NCBI RefSeq assembly: GCF_004010195.1
Contig: NC_057718.1
Coordinates: 73,270,533 to 73,334,532 of the forward strand
DNA from: Chiloscyllium plagiosum
Taxonomy: Eukaryota
DNA: 64,000 nt
Direction of reading: 5' to 3'
Below, in pieces: positions 13,156-26,625 of the stretch. A model generated the notes under the pieces. It was not told the origin of the DNA. It saw only the letters and a program-made list of their open reading frames with translations, and searched no databases. Made by a program: the position numbers and the translations under genes. Numbering within the stretch: position 1 is the first letter of the stretch; each line of letters starts with the position of its first letter.

Positions 13156-14884
13156 GAAGATAGAACATTACAGTGCAGTACAGGCCCTTCACCCCTCAAT
13201 GTTGCACCGATTTGTGGAACCGATCTGAAGCCTAATATAACCTACATTATTCAATTATTATCCATATATTTATCCAATGACTATTTAAATACCTTAAAGC
13301 TGACAAGTCTACTACTGTTGCAGGCAGGGCATTCCATGCCCTTACTACTCTCTGAGTAAAGAACCTACCTCTAACATCTGTCCTATATCTATCACTCCTC
13401 AGTTTAAAGCTATGTCCCCTCGTGCTAGCCATCACCATCTGAGAAAAAAAGACTCTCACTGTCCAGCCTATCTAACCCTCTGATCATCTTGTATGTCTCT
13501 ATTAAGTCACCTCTTAACTTTCTTCTCTCCAACAAATTAGCCTCAAGTCCCTCAGCCTTTCCTCATAAGACCTTCCCTCCATACCAGGCAACATTCTGGT
13601 AAATCTCCTTGAACCCTTTCAAATGCTTCCACTTCTTCCTTATAGTACAGTGACTAGGACTGTATGCAATACTCCAAGCGCAGCTGCACCAGAGTTTTGT
13701 ACAGCTGTAACACCTTCTTACTAACCCTATCAACTTGGGTGGCAACTTTCAGGGATCTATGTACATGGACACTGAGATTTCTCTGCTCATCCACGCTACC
13801 AAGAATTAGCCCAGTATTCTGTATTCCTGTTACTCCTTCCAAAGTGAATCACCTTACACTTTTCTGCATTAAACTCCATTTCCACCTCTCAGCCCAGCTC
13901 TACAGCTTATCTATGTCCCTCTGTAACCTATAATTTCCTTCAGCACTGTCCACAACTCCACTGACCTTAGCGTCACCTGCAAAGTTACTAACTCATACTT
14001 TTTCCCCTCATCCAGGTCATTTAAAAAATGACAAACAGCAGTGGTCCCAAAACAGATCCTTGCTATACACAACTAATAACTGAATTCCAGGGTGAAAATT
14101 TCCCATCAACCACCATTCTTTGTCTTCTTACAACTAGTCAAAATGTCATCCAAACTGCTAAATCATTCTCAATCCCATGCCTCCATCTTTTCTGCAATAG
14201 CCCACTATGGGAACCTTATCAAAAGCCTTACTGAAATGCATATACACCACATCAACTGCTTTACCCTCATCCACCTGTTTGGTTACCTTCTCAAAGAACT
14301 CAGTAAGGTTTGTGAGGCACAACCTACTCTTAACGAAACTGTGTTCATTATCCCTAATCAAATTATTCCTTTCTAGATGATCATAAATCCCATCTTATAT
14401 AATCCTTTCCAAAACTTTACTCACTCACTGGTCTATAATTACCAGGGTTGTCTCTACTCCCCTTCTTGAACAAGGGGACAACTTGTGCTATCCTCCAGTC
14501 TCCTGGCACTATTCCTGTAGACACTGATGACATAAAGATCAAAGCCAAAGGTTTTGCAATCTCCTCCCTATCTTCCCAGAGAATCCTTGGATGAATTCCA
14601 TCCAGCTCAGGAGACATATCTATTTTCATACTTTCCAGAATTGCTAAAACCTCCCCATGGTAAACCTCAATCCCATCTAGTCTAATAGCCTGTATCTCAG
14701 TATTCTCCTTGACAACATTGTCTTTTTCCTGTGTGAATACGGATGAAAAATATTCATTTGACACCACTGCTACCTTTTTGGGTTCTGTTCACACCTTTCC
14801 ACTGCTGTCCTTGACAGGCCCTATTCTTAGTCTAGTCATTCTTTTATTCTTGACATAGCTATAGAAAGATTCAGGGTTTTTCTT

Positions 14885-15470
14885 TGTTATGGACTAGGCC
14901 AAACCACTCAAAGCATTCTCAAGCAAGCAGCCCAGACCTTAACTTGTAATTTGTTTTGGTAAGTGTATAGTGAGAACTATCTGGAGTAAGGTAGCTAGGT
15001 TGACTATCAGGATTTTAAACAGACAAAAATTTATTCACAAAATTACAGAATGAAACACAAAGAACAGTAAAAAAAAACCTACCAAACTCAGCATATCCAA
15101 ACTAGACTTAATTATGCTGTTCTGAATATGCACAACAGTCCCAATAAACAAACCCCTTAAACACAGAGCAAAAAATGAAACAAAGGCTAACAGGTCCTTG
15201 TGCACAAGGAGAGAGAGTCCAGCAACCTGTTTCCACACAGCTCCACTGCTGAACTGACTCTAACTTAACTTCTAAACACATAAAAGCTTTGGCCTAAAGC
15301 CTCATCTGCTTATGTATAAACAAAAAGGCCTCCAATACTCATTTATCTTTGTACCAAACCCAACCATTTCGGAGCCTGGAGTGTTTGACGAACCCTCTGA
15401 AAAAAATCAAGGACACAGTATCCTTGAGAAAAGGAACGGCTTTTAGAAGAAAAGGACCAGCTTTGTGACA
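14885..15470 (-). mobile_element. Solo LTR (586 bp)
   Basis: TGTTAT...GTGACA ends; 4-bp TSD TCTT/CCTT with one mismatch; splits a continuous CR1 sequence; AATAAA on the minus strand near 15030. Confidence 0.75.
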
Positions 15471-16380
15471 CCTTGATCCTACCTGCCAAAGATTTATCAT
15501 GTCCCCTCATGGCTCTTCTCAGCTTTCTCTTTACGTCGTTCCTGGCTAACTTGTAACACTCAAATATCCTAACTGAGCCTTCACATCTCATCTTTACATA
15601 AGCCTCCTTCTTGACAAGAGATTCAACTTCTTTATTAAACCATGGTTCCCTTGCTCGACCACTTCCTCCCTGCCTGACAGGTACATACGTATCAAGGACC
15701 CGCAGTAGCTGTTCTTTGAACAAGCTCCATATTTCAATTGTGCCCATTCCCGACAGTTTGTTTCCCCATCCTATGCATACAAAATCTTGCCTAATCACAT
15801 CATGTGTGCCTTTTCCCCAGCCATGACTCTTGCCCCGCGGCATAGACCTATCTCTTTCCATCACTAAAGTAAACGTAACCGAATTGTGGTCACTATCACC
15901 AAATTCCCCCCCCCCCCATCTCCAAATCTAAGACTTGGCCAGGTTCATCACCCAGTACCAAATTCAATGTGGCCTCACCCCTTGTTGGCCTATCTACATA
16001 CTGTGTCAGAAAACCCTCCTGCACACATTGGATAAAAACAGACCCATCTAAGGTATTCAAACTATAGCATTCCCAGTCAATATTTGGAAAGTTAAAGACT
16101 CCATAACAACTACTGTGTTACTTTCACTCCTATCTAGAATCATCTTTGCAATCCTTTACTCTACATCTGTGGAACTTTTCGGAAGCCGATAAAAACCTCC
16201 CAACAATGTGAGCTCTCCTTTCCTGTTTCTAACCTCAGCCGATTATACCTCAGTAGACAAGTCCTCAAACATCCTTTCTGCCACCATAATACTGTCCTTA
16301 ACTAACACCTCCCCCTCTTTTATCACCTCCCCTGTTCTTACTGAAGAATCTAAACCCCAGAACCTGCAATATCCATTCCT

Positions 16381-16565
16381 ATGTCTAGATTAGAGTGCTG
16401 CTGGAAAAGCACACCAGGTCAGGCAGCATCCAAGGAGCAGGAAAATCGACGTTTCGGGCAAAAGCCCTTTATCAGCTCCTCGGATGCTGCCTGACCTACT
16501 GTACTTTTCCAACACCACTCTAATCTAGACTCTGGTTTCCAGCATCTGCAGTCCTTGTTTTTACC
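16381..16565. mobile_element. Short Penelope-derived fold-back insertion
   Basis: 12-bp TSD ATATCCATTCCT; ~55-bp inverted arms around a mutated hammerhead core (CTGATAA...GAAACGTC on minus). Confidence 0.8.
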
Positions 16566-17800
16566 ATATCCATTCCTGTCCCTGCTCCATCTATGTGTCT
16601 GAAATGTCCACAACATCGAAGTCCCATATACCAACCCATGCTGCATGCTCACCCATTTTATTACGGATGCTCCTGGCATTGAAGTAGACACACTTCAAAC
16701 CACCTTCCTGTCTGCTGGTACACTCCTGCGACCTTGAAACCTTATTCAAGATCTCACTACTCTCAACTTCCTGTACACTGGAGCTACAATTCAGGTTCCT
16801 ATCCCCCTGCTGAATTAGGTTAATTCTTCCGAAAGAGCATTAGCAAACCTCTCCCCCAAGATATTAATACCCTCTGTTTCAGGTGTAGACCATCCTATTT
16901 GTAGAAGTCCAACCTACCCCAGAATGAGCCCCAATTATCCAGGTATCTGAATCCCTCCCTCCTGCACCATCCCAGCAGTATCCGAAACAAAATACTTGTT
17001 ATTGAGGGGAACGGCCACAAGGAATCCATGCACTGTCTGCCGGTTCCCTTAATGTAATCCAACTACCTTCTTCCTGTACCTGAGATGTGGCTACCTCCCT
17101 GTAATTCCCCTCAGCCTCCCAAATGATCTGAAGTTCATTCAGCTCCAGCTCCAGTTCCCTAATGTGGTTTCCAAGGAGCTGGAGTTAGGTGCACTTATTG
17201 CAGATGAAGTCAGCAGGGACAGTGGTGACCCTTACCTCTCACATTCTGCATTAGGAACTTCAACTGCCCTAACATCCATTCCCACTGTTCCGAATTCCCA
17301 AAGAGACTATCGAGGGAAAAGCTAGTCACCTTACCAAATCAGCAACTAGAACTTTATTTTTGGTTCGAGGAAGATGATGGGTGAGCGACACTACCTCAGT
17401 AGTGTTTTGGGTAAAGCAACCGCCAAAATATATAACCTCAGTTACTCAGCTGTCCCATGCCTGCTCCTGCTCAGTGTGTGCTTTGCTTATTCACGAGGTA
17501 GGCTTCTTGTAGAATTTATTTATCCACCCAGAGCCCCTGATCCTTGCTCTCACCGCTCCTGCTGCAAAATTAGAGGCTGCTGATTCACAAGGTAAGCTTT
17601 TTACAGGATTAACTTACCTTAGAGTTATGAACTTCGAGTTGATAAACAGAGACATAAACTATAAAAGCAAGGAAATGATGCTAGACCTCTACAAGTCAGT
17701 GATCAGATCATACTTGGAGTATTGTGTTTAGTTCTAAATATTTAAAGAAGAATGTTAAAGCCCTGGAATCAGTGCAAAGGAGAATTACAGGACTGATACA

Positions 17801-18499
17801 TTTTATAAACTCCTACTTTGGAAATGGAGCCAGTTTGACTCAAAATTGGAATACATACAGACTCTAACCTCACACCTTTAATGCATTGTCTGAGCTGAGA
17901 TGTCACTTTTTTTTATAAAACCTTTAGTTATCCTGACAGAAATAATGGGATTTACATATCAATGAATCGAAACCTGAAGTCCATTCTAAAAGATGAAAGA
18001 CTTAACAGCAATCTAGGTTTGTTCAATACATTGCATCAGTGTATGAAACTATGATCCTTTACTGTAAATTCTGGGTCCTATGATCCTACTTGGGCGGCAC
18101 GGTAGCACAGTGGTTAGCACTGCTGCTTCACAGCGCCAGAGATCCGGGTTCAATTCCCGTCTCAGGCGACTCTCTATGTGGAGTTTGCACATTCTCCCCG
18201 TGTCTGCGTGGGTTTCCTCCGGGTGCTCCGGTTTCCTCCCACAATCCAAAAATGTGCAGGGGTTAGGTGAATTGGCCATGCTAAATTGCCCGTAGTGTTA
18301 GGTGAAGGGGTAAATGTAGGAGAATGGGTCTGGGTGGGTTACGCTTCGGCGGGTCGGTGTGGACTTGTTGGGCCGAAGGGCCTGTTTCCACACTGTAAGC
18401 AATCTAATCTAATCTAATCTACTCCACTAACGGTCTGAAAGCTCGTACTTCCAAATATACCTGTTGGACTATAACCTGGTGTCGTGTGATTTTTAACTT
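17801..18499 (+). mobile_element. Penelope-like 3' terminal region with nested SINE
   Basis: TSD GGACTGATACA (17790-17800 and 18500-18510); the end matches the reverse complement of 32225-32285. Confidence 0.7.
18092..18421 (+). mobile_element. HE1-like V-SINE (young)
   Basis: Complete head, V-domain and (AATCT)n tail. Confidence 0.95.
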
Positions 18500-19204
18500 G
18501 GACTGATACAAGGTAAGAGGGATTTTTGGTTTAAGGAAAGATTAGAGAAATTGGTTTTATTCTCCTTGGAGCAGAGAGGATTGAAAACACAGAACAATAC
18601 AGCACAGAAACAGGCCTTTCAGTCCACCATGTCTGTGTTGACCATGATGCCATTCTAAACTTATCCCATCTGCCTGAGCATTAACCATATCCCTCTATTC
18701 TCTACTGTTTTTATGTCTGTCGAAATGCGTCTTAACTTTGCTAATGTATCTGCTTCTTCTATGTCCCTTTGCAGGCACCTACTATATAAAACACTTTTCT
18801 CAAACATCTCCCTTAGTTTTTTTCCCCTGTCACCATAAACCTGTGCCCCCTCGTATCTGATGTTTCCACCCTGGGAAAAAAACTCTGACTACCCATCCTA
18901 TCCATCCCTTTCCTAATTTTATTTATGTCTGTCAGAAATAGGAAATTTTAAATTCTATGGGAAATTTGAAGACTGGAAATCACAGATTGTCACTGTCACA
19001 ATTATTACAATCACAAATCCTCAAATCGTAAACAAATCTGAGAACCTTTGACACTCTGACAAAAGCACTCCATGTTTGTACAACATCTTCTTTCAGTAAC
19101 ACAATACAATCCAGACAACATCCTGGTAAACCTCTTTTGCACCCTGTCTGAAGTCTTCCCACTATCCGCCCCACCAAGAGTATGGCAACCAGAACTACAT
19201 ATAG

Positions 19205-19508
19205 TAGATTAGATTAGATTAGATTAGATTACAGTGTGGAAACAGGCCCTTCGGCCCAACAAGTCCACACCGACCAGCCGAAGCGCAACCCACCCATTTA
19301 CCCCATACCTAACACTACGGGCAATTTAGCATGGCCAATTCACCTGACCTGCACATGTTTGGATTGTGGGAGGAAACCGGAGCACCCGGAGGAAACCCAC
19401 GCAGACACGGGGAGAATGTGCAAACTCCACACAGTCAGTCGCCTGAGGCGGGAATTGAACCCGGGTCTCCAGCGCTGTGAGGCAGCAGTGCTAACCACCG
19501 TGCCACCC
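19205..19508 (-). mobile_element. HE1-like V-SINE
   Basis: Complete element with (AATCT)n tail; sits within a minus-strand CR1 3' remnant (about 18586-19580). Confidence 0.95.
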
Positions 19509-20128
19509 ACAAATGAAAAGGGAAACTGGTACTCCAAATGTGGCCTGGCTAAATTCTTAAACACTTGCGACATGACTTGAGCCCATGTGCAGCCGCATTC
19601 ACAGCCACAGGGACCATCAGGTGATGTAATTGACTTAATGGAGGACTCTCTAACAGATTGAAACAACTTGTTAGTGACTGATAGCGCTGACGTATTACAT
19701 AGTCCCAACAGTCTAGACATGACAGAACTCTCCAATAACTCCCTGATAGACAAGGAAATTGAAAGACTCCAATTTATTATAACTCATACTCCAGACGCAT
19801 ATCCACAACATGGATATGTGACAATACTAAAAGGATATGATGGACCAGGGAAAAGCAGGACATCACCACTAGAGGGAATGACAGGACACGAACATGGGAA
19901 CAGGGAAGATACAATCTTGCCAAGTCACCAGAGACCAAGGATTCACAAAAGATTGATAGGTCTCTGTTGGGTGCCTCTTTAACAAATGCACTAATTCATT
20001 AATCCAGATGATTAAACAGTTCCTGACAGCCACCCAAGGCGAGGCGTTTTTGATGGTCCAAATTCGCATACACTCTCAAATATCAACTCTTATTCTTGTA
20101 TGCACTGATGGGATTAACCAGGTTACAA

Positions 20129-20445
20129 TTAGATTAGATTAGATTCCCTACAGTGTGGAAACAGGCCCTTCGGCCCAACCAATCCACACTGACCCTCCGA
20201 AGAGTAACCCACCCAGACCCATTTCACTCTAACCAATGCACCTGACACGATGGGCAATTTTGCATGGCCAATTCACCTGACCTGCACATCTTTGGACTGT
20301 AGGAGGAAACCGGAGTACCTGGAGGAAACCCACGCAGATACAGGGAGAATGTGCAAACTCCACACAATCACCCGAGCCTGGAATCGAACCTGGGACCCTG
20401 GTGCTGTGAGGCAACAGTGCTAATCACTGAGCCACCATGCCGCCC
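20129..20445 (-). mobile_element. HE1-like V-SINE
   Basis: Complete head, V-domain and tail. Confidence 0.93.
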
Positions 20446-20698
20446 ACAGTTGTTCAGTTTTCCTGGCGTCGTTCATTGGATATAATCCCCATATCAGAAT
20501 CTGCCCCATGGTCGCAACAACCATCTCACCTTTGTCTTCACATTTCATTGTAGGTCACAATGGCCACTCCGTCTTCACATTTAATTCATTGGTCATGATG
20601 ACCACCTCATTTCAGTCTTTTCTGACCACTCCACGGTCAGGCCATTCAAACCTACAAACCCCTACCACTAGAAACCAAAGTTGGCTCTTACCAACCAT

Positions 20699-20792
20699 TT
20701 CTCCTGTTCCCTGGATGCTGCCTGACCTGCTGCGCTTTTCCAGCAACACATTTTCGGCTCTGATCTCCAGCATCTGCAGACCTCACTTTCTC
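20699..20792 (+). mobile_element. Penelope terminal fragment
   Basis: 14-bp TSD CTCTTACCAACCAT (20685-20698 and 20793-20806). Confidence 0.8.
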
Positions 20793-20879
20793 CTCTTACC
20801 AACCATCTAAACCCAAATTAACATTCCATATGTATTCCCATTCCTTTCAGCAAAAAAAGTGGGAGAGGGTTAGGGTATG

Positions 20880-21233
20880 GGGGGGTACGGTGGCTCAGTG
20901 GTTAGCACTGTAGCCTCACAGTGCCAGGGACCTGGGTTTGATTCCACCCTTGGGCGACCGTGTAGAGTTTACACATTCTTCCCGTGTCTGCATGGGTTTC
21001 CTCCGGGTGCTCTGGTTTCCTCCCACAGTCCAAAGATGTGCAGGTTAGGTGAATTGACCATGCTAAATTGCCCATCATGTTCAGTGATGTATAGGTTAGG
21101 TGCATTAGTCAGGGTTAAATGTAGAGTAATAGGAAATGGGAATGGATCTGTGTAGGTTACTCTTTGGAGTGTCGGTGTAGACTTGTTGGGCCAAATGGCC
21201 TGTTTCCACACTGTAGGGATTCTATGATCCTAT
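20880..21233 (+). mobile_element. HE1-like V-SINE
   Basis: Head, V-domain and a GATTCTAT-type tail. Confidence 0.9.
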
Positions 21234-21278
21234 GAAAAGGTATGCACTACACCTGTTCTAAGCTATTTAGATATTAGA

Positions 21279-22549
21279 GCTGAAAATGTGTTGCTGGAAA
21301 AGCGCAGCAGGTCAGGCAGCATCCAAGGAACAGGAGAATTGACGTTTCGGGCATAAGCCCTTCTTCAGGAATGAGGAAAGTGTGCCCAGCAGGCTAAGAT
21401 AAAAGGTAGGGAGGAGGGACTTAGGAGAGGGGCGTTGGAAATGTGATAGGTGGAAGGAGGTCAAGATGAGGGTGATAGGCCGGAGTGGGGTGGGGGCGGA
21501 GAGGTCATGAAGAAGATTGCAGGTTAGGNNNNNNNNNNNNNNNNNNNNNNNNNNNNNNNNNNNNNNNNNNNNNNNNNNNNNNNNNNNNNNNNNNNNNNNN
21601 NNNNNNNNNNNNNNNNNNNNNNNNNNNNNNNNNNNNNNNNNNNNNNNNNNNNNNNNNNNNNNNNNNNNNNNNNNNNNNNNNNNNNNNNNNNNNNNNNNNN
21701 NNNNNNNNNNNNNNNNNNNNNNNNNNNNNNNNNNNNNNNNNNNNNNNNNNNNNNNNNNNNNNNNNNNNNNNNNNNNNNNNNNNNNNNNNNNNNNNNNNNN
21801 NNNNNNNNNNNNNNNNNNNNNNNNNNNNNNNNNNNNNNNNNNNNNNNNNNNNNNNNNNNNNNNNNNNNNNNNNNNNNNNNNNNNNNNNNNNNNNNNNNNN
21901 NNNNNNNNNNNNNNNNNNNNNNNNNNNNNNNNNNNNNNNNNNNNNNNNNNNNNNNNNNNNNNNNNNNNNNNNNNNNNNNNNNNNNNNNNNNNNNNNNNNN
22001 NNNNNNNNNNNNNNNNNNNNNNNNNNNNNNNNNNNNNNNNNNNNNNNNNNNNNNNNNNNNNNNNNNNNNNNNNNNNNNNNNNNNNNNNNNNNNNNNNNNN
22101 NNNNNNNNNNNNNNNNNNNNNNNNNNNNNNNNNNNNNNNNNNNNNNNNNNNNNNNNNNNNNNNNNNNNNNNNNNNNNNNNNNNNNNNNNNNNNNNNNNNN
22201 NNNNNNNNNNNNNNNNNNNNNNNNNNNNNNNNNNNNNNNNNNNNNNNNNNNNNNNNNNNNNNNNNNNNNNNNNNNNNNNNNNNNNNNNNNNNNNNNNNNN
22301 NNNNNNNNNNNNNNNNNNNNNNNNNNNNNNNNNNNNNNNNNNNNNNNNNNNNNNNNNNNNNNNNNNNNNNNNNNNNNNNNNNNNNNNNNNNNNNNNNNNN
22401 NNNNNNCCAGTGTAGCTGCGGAAGATGGACTGTTCCACATATCCTACAAAGAGGCAGGCATAGCTGGGGCCCATGCGGGTGCCCATGGCTACTCCTTTGG
22501 TTTGGAGGAAGTGGAAGGATTGGAAAGAGAAGTTGTTCAGGGTGAGGAC
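21279..22549 (-). mobile_element. Penelope-like element, 5'-truncated, spanning an N gap
   Basis: RT motif GVAMGTRMGPSYACLFVGYVEQ; 16-bp TSD CTATTTAGATATTAGA (21263-21278 and 22550-22565); hammerhead core at 21341-21368. Confidence 0.88.
21341..21368 (-). ncRNA. Minimal hammerhead ribozyme motif in Penelope terminus
   Basis: CTGAAGA-A-GGGC-TTAT-GCCC-GAAA-C-GTC. Confidence 0.7.
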
Positions 22550-22569
22550 CTATTTAGATATTAGACAAG

Positions 22570-23471
22570 GATAACAACAGAAGAAAGCTTGATCTCTCCC
22601 CAGGATAACTATGAACATAATCAAGACCTACTTCATCAGGATCATCATCATCACCGGAAATAACACACAAGTAACACCTGACAGACCAAGATCTATGTAC
22701 CCAGGGTAATTATGGTTTGGCCCACTGGATGCAGGCAAATGTGAGGAAGGTGTGTTATGGATACACTCCAATCAAAGTATAATGTTCGGATGCCATAACC
22801 GGGGACACTATATAAGAAAACAAATGGGTGCTCAGATGATTGAGCATAAAAATCACGGGTGATTGGTGGGGATTTTCAAACAATGGGTACTCCAAGATAG
22901 GATGCTTAGGAAGTGGCCCAGAAAAGGGATTGGAACTCGTACAGCGCTGCCCCGGGAAACTCATAGAGGGGAAGTTTGTTCTGTACGAAATTACGGCACA
23001 ATGCAATGTCTCCAACACCACCATCTGTGTTAGGCCACACATATCTGCCAGGTTAGGCCTAACTCAGCTGATAAACATACACAAAAGGGAAAAGATGGAA
23101 TTTAATGTGAGTGAGGAACTTCAGCAAACTCTGGGGGATACCTGGAGAAGTATGACACAGGTCTCAAACTCCTGCCAGAGGAGTTACACCAAATTCGAAC
23201 CCAATTGGCCACAGGCCAAAGAATCTTCACTAATGATGCCAAAGAACAAATAAAAGAAATTAAAGCTACAACTTGGTTGGAGAATTTCTGGGACTAGGGC
23301 TCCAACAAATAAATCCATTCCTTGCTCCGTCTGGTGTCAGATCAGTCTGTATTGTTAATTCTGGTTACCCTGGTATACCTCACCAACCTCACTGTCAAAT
23401 TTGCCCAGCAGAGAAGACAATTATCACGGAGACTAGACATAGAGACCTCACTCAATTCACGGTCTTCATGA
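22570..23471 (+). pseudogene. Putative retroviral env (fusion glycoprotein) C-terminal remnant
   Basis: Cys-containing region with NVS/NTT sequons, then a helical stretch ELHQIRTQLATGQRIFTNDAKEQIKEIK, Trp-rich WLENFWD*G, hydrophobic SVLLILVTLVYLTNLTV and a basic tail; several stops and frameshifts. Confidence 0.5.
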
Positions 23472-23742
23472 AGCTTATTAAAAGCTACAGCAACATAGTA
23501 AATAATTGTTTAGCCTCGTAAGTATTTATTTATCATATTGTTTGTACAAAATGTATCCTATTGTTCATATAAAATGTTCTCTGAATTATGGGTTCATTTG
23601 TACACCCTTGCTTGATTACCGTTTGCTCCAGTTTATAATGCTTGTTTGATTTTTTGTTATGAATTTCCTTTCTCCTCCAATGTCTTATTTAGTTCTAATC
23701 TACCACACCTGCTTGATTAGCCATTAAGTCCAAAGTTTGATA

Positions 23743-26425
23743 CAGGTTGTTCTGCTATAATCTGCATTTCATTAATGTGCATTTGCTATAATGCAATTAG
23801 TGAATTGGCGACACTGTTTCTAAAGCATGAACTTTTAAAACGTGTATTGGTTATAACACGATTCTGGCCCCATTAGATAAATGGTGCTGCTATTAAACAA
23901 TTTTCTTATAGTAAGGGATTGCACGAGAACATAGAACATAGAACATAGAAGAATACAGCGCAGTACAGGCCCTTCGGCCCTCGATGTTGCGCCGATCCAA
24001 GCCCACCTAACCTACACTAGCCCACTATCCTCCATACGCCTATCCAATGCCCGCTTAAATGCCCATAATGAGGGAGAGTCCACCACTGCTACTGGCAGGG
24101 CATTCCATGAACTCACGACTCGCTGAGTAAAGAACCTACCCNNNNNNNNNNNNNNNNNNNNNNNNNNNNNNNNNNNNNNNNNNNNNNNNNNNNNNNNNNN
24201 NNNNNNNNNNNNNNNNNNNNNNNNNNNNNNNNNNNNNNNNNNNNNNNNNNNNNNNNNNNNNNNNNNNNNNNNNNNNNNNNNNNNNNNNNNNNNNNNNNNN
24301 NNNNNNNNNNNNNNNNNNNNNNNNNNNNNNNNNNNNNNNNNNNNNNNNNNNNNNNNNNNNNNNNNNNNNNNNNNNNNNNNNNNNNNNNNNNNNNNNNNNN
24401 NNNNNNNNNNNNNNNNNNNNNNNNNNNNNNNNNNNNNNNNNNNNNNNNNNNNNNNNNNNNNNNNNNNNNNNNNNNNNNNNNNNNNNNNNNNNNNNNNNNN
24501 NNNNNNNNNNNNNNNNNNNNNNNNNNNNNNNNNNNNNNNNNNNNNNNNNNNNNNNNNNNNNNNNNNNNNNNNNNNNNNNNNNNNNNNNNNNNNNNNNNNN
24601 NNNNNNNNNNNNNNNNNNNNNNNNNNNNNNNNNNNNNNNNNNNNNNNNNNNNNNNNNNNNNNNNNNNNNNNNNNNNNNNNNNNNNNNNNNNNNNNNNNNN
24701 NNNNNNNNNNNNNNNACTAACGTCTCGCTGAGTGAAGAACCTACCCCTAACATCTGTCCTATATCTACCCCCCCTTAATTTAGAGCTATGCCCCCTTGTA
24801 ATACCCGGCTCCATACGCGGGAAAAGGTTCATACTGTCGGCCCTATCTAACCCCCTAATCATCTTGTACACCTCAATCAAGTCACCCCTAAACCTTCTTT
24901 TCTCTAATGAAAACAGCCCCAAGTGTCTCCGTCTTTCCTCATACGATCTTCCTTCCATAGCAGGCAACATCCTGGTAAACCTCCTCTGCATCCGTTCCAG
25001 TGCCTCCACATCCTTCCTATAGTATGGCGACCAAAACTGCACACAATATTCCAGATGCGGTCGTACCAGAGTCTTATACAACTGCATCATGACCTCAGGA
25101 CTCCGGAACTCAATTCCTCTACCAATAAAAGCCAGTACGCCATATGCCTTCCTCACCGCAGTATTTACCTGGGTGGCAACTTTCAGAGATCTGTGTACAT
25201 GGACACCAAGATCCCTCTGCTCATCCACACTACCAAGTATCCGACCATTAGCCCCGTACCCCATCTTTTTGTTATTCTTCCCAAAGTGAGTCACCTCACA
25301 CTTAGCTACATTGTATTCCATTTGCCACCTTTCTGCCCAGCTCTGCAGCTTCTCTATATCCTGCTGTAACCTGCCACATCCTTCCTCACTGTCTACCACT
25401 CCTCTGACTTTCGTATCATCCGCAAACTTGCTTACCCAACCTTCTAACCCCTCTTCCAGGTCATTTATAAAAATGACAAACAGCAATGGTCCCAAAACAG
25501 ATCCTTGCGGAACACCGCTAGTGACGGCACTCCATGAAGAAACTTTGCCATCAACTACTACCCTCTGTCTTCTTCCAGGCAGCCAACTCCTAATCCAAAC
25601 CTCCAACTCATCCTCAATGCCATACCTCCGTATTTTTTGCAGTGGTCTACCATGGGGAACCTTATCAAACGCCTTACTAAAATCCATATATACCACATCT
25701 ACCGCTTTCCCCTCATCAACCTCTTTCGTCACCTTTTCAAAGAATTCAATAAGGTTTGTGAGGCATGACCTGCCCTTCACAAAACCATGCTGACTATCCT
25801 TGATCACATTATTCCTATCCAGATGTTCATAAATCCTATCCCTTACAATTCTCTCTAAGATTTTGCCCACAACAGAAGTGAGACTCACCGGCCTATAGTT
25901 ACTAGAGTTATCCCTACTCCCCTTCTTGAAGAAGGGAACCACATTTGCTAGCCTCCAGTCTTCTGGCACTACTCCTGTAGACAACGAGGAAATAAAAATC
26001 AAGGCCAATGGCTCTGCAATCTCCTCCCTTACTTCCCAGAGAATCCTAGGATAAATGCCATCAGGCCCAGGGGACTTATCTATTTTCACCCTTTCCAGAA
26101 TTTCCAACACCTCTTTTCTACATACCTCAAAGCCATCCATTCTACTTAATTGTGACTCAGTATTCACATCGATGACAATGTCCTGTTCCTGATTGAATAC
26201 TGACGAAAAGTATTCATTCAGTGTCTCCCCAATCTCTTCAGCCTCCACACGCATCTTTCCACTACTATCCTTGACTGGACCTATTCCTACCCTAGTCATT
26301 CTTTTATTCCTGACATACCTATAGAATGCCTTAGGGTTTTCCCTAATCCTACCAACTAAGGACCTTTCATGTCCCCTCCTTGCTGGAGAATGGAACTATC
26401 ATGTTATAGCAGAACTTGCCAACTG
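23743..26425. mobile_element. pogo/Tigger-like MITE split by a CR1 insertion
   Basis: TA|CAGGTTGTTCTGCTATAA ... TTATAGCAGAAC..AACTG|TA imperfect TIRs with TA flanks; about 225 bp without the CR1. Confidence 0.6.
23929..26384 (-). mobile_element. Young CR1 (HER1-like) LINE, 5'-truncated, uninterrupted RT frame
   Basis: More than 500 codons without a stop: KSPGPDGIYP, YMDFSKAFDKVPH, GVPQGSVLGP, KFADDTK, RPHLEYCVQFW; (AGAACAT)n tail. Confidence 0.95.
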
Positions 26426-26625
26426 TATTCCATTTAGATATAGTTTGATGATGTTTGTTGATTTTAGTTAGGTGTTATTTTCAAATATACAACTTGTAAG
26501 AGTTTAGCTGTTTAAGTGTATGTTGTGCTTTCCTTGGCCTTAGATGATCATATAGTTACCACACGGAAATTAGGCTGCGATCATGTGATCCATCAAGCTT
26601 TGGGTTCGGGATCAAGAAGAGGGAC

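Larger units (their letters stand above)
13158..17600 (-). mobile_element. Near full-length degenerate CR1 LINE carrying a solo LTR and a Penelope insertion
   Basis: Tail at 13158, RT motifs (NEYFSSVFT, NYRPVS, FSKAFDKVP), EN start (NARSIRNK-like), and an ORF1/5' region up to about 17600. Confidence 0.85.

Noticed and set aside
18092..18165. tRNA genes
   Set aside because: The tRNA-like A/B-box heads continue into SINE body and tail in all copies.
24120..24750. 728-aa ORF and ~570-nt gap inside the CR1
   Set aside because: The same CGCTGAGT.AAGAACCTACCC sequence flanks both sides, so the gap probably hides little or nothing. ORFs running through N runs (also 21485-22564 and 49384-50252) are artefacts.
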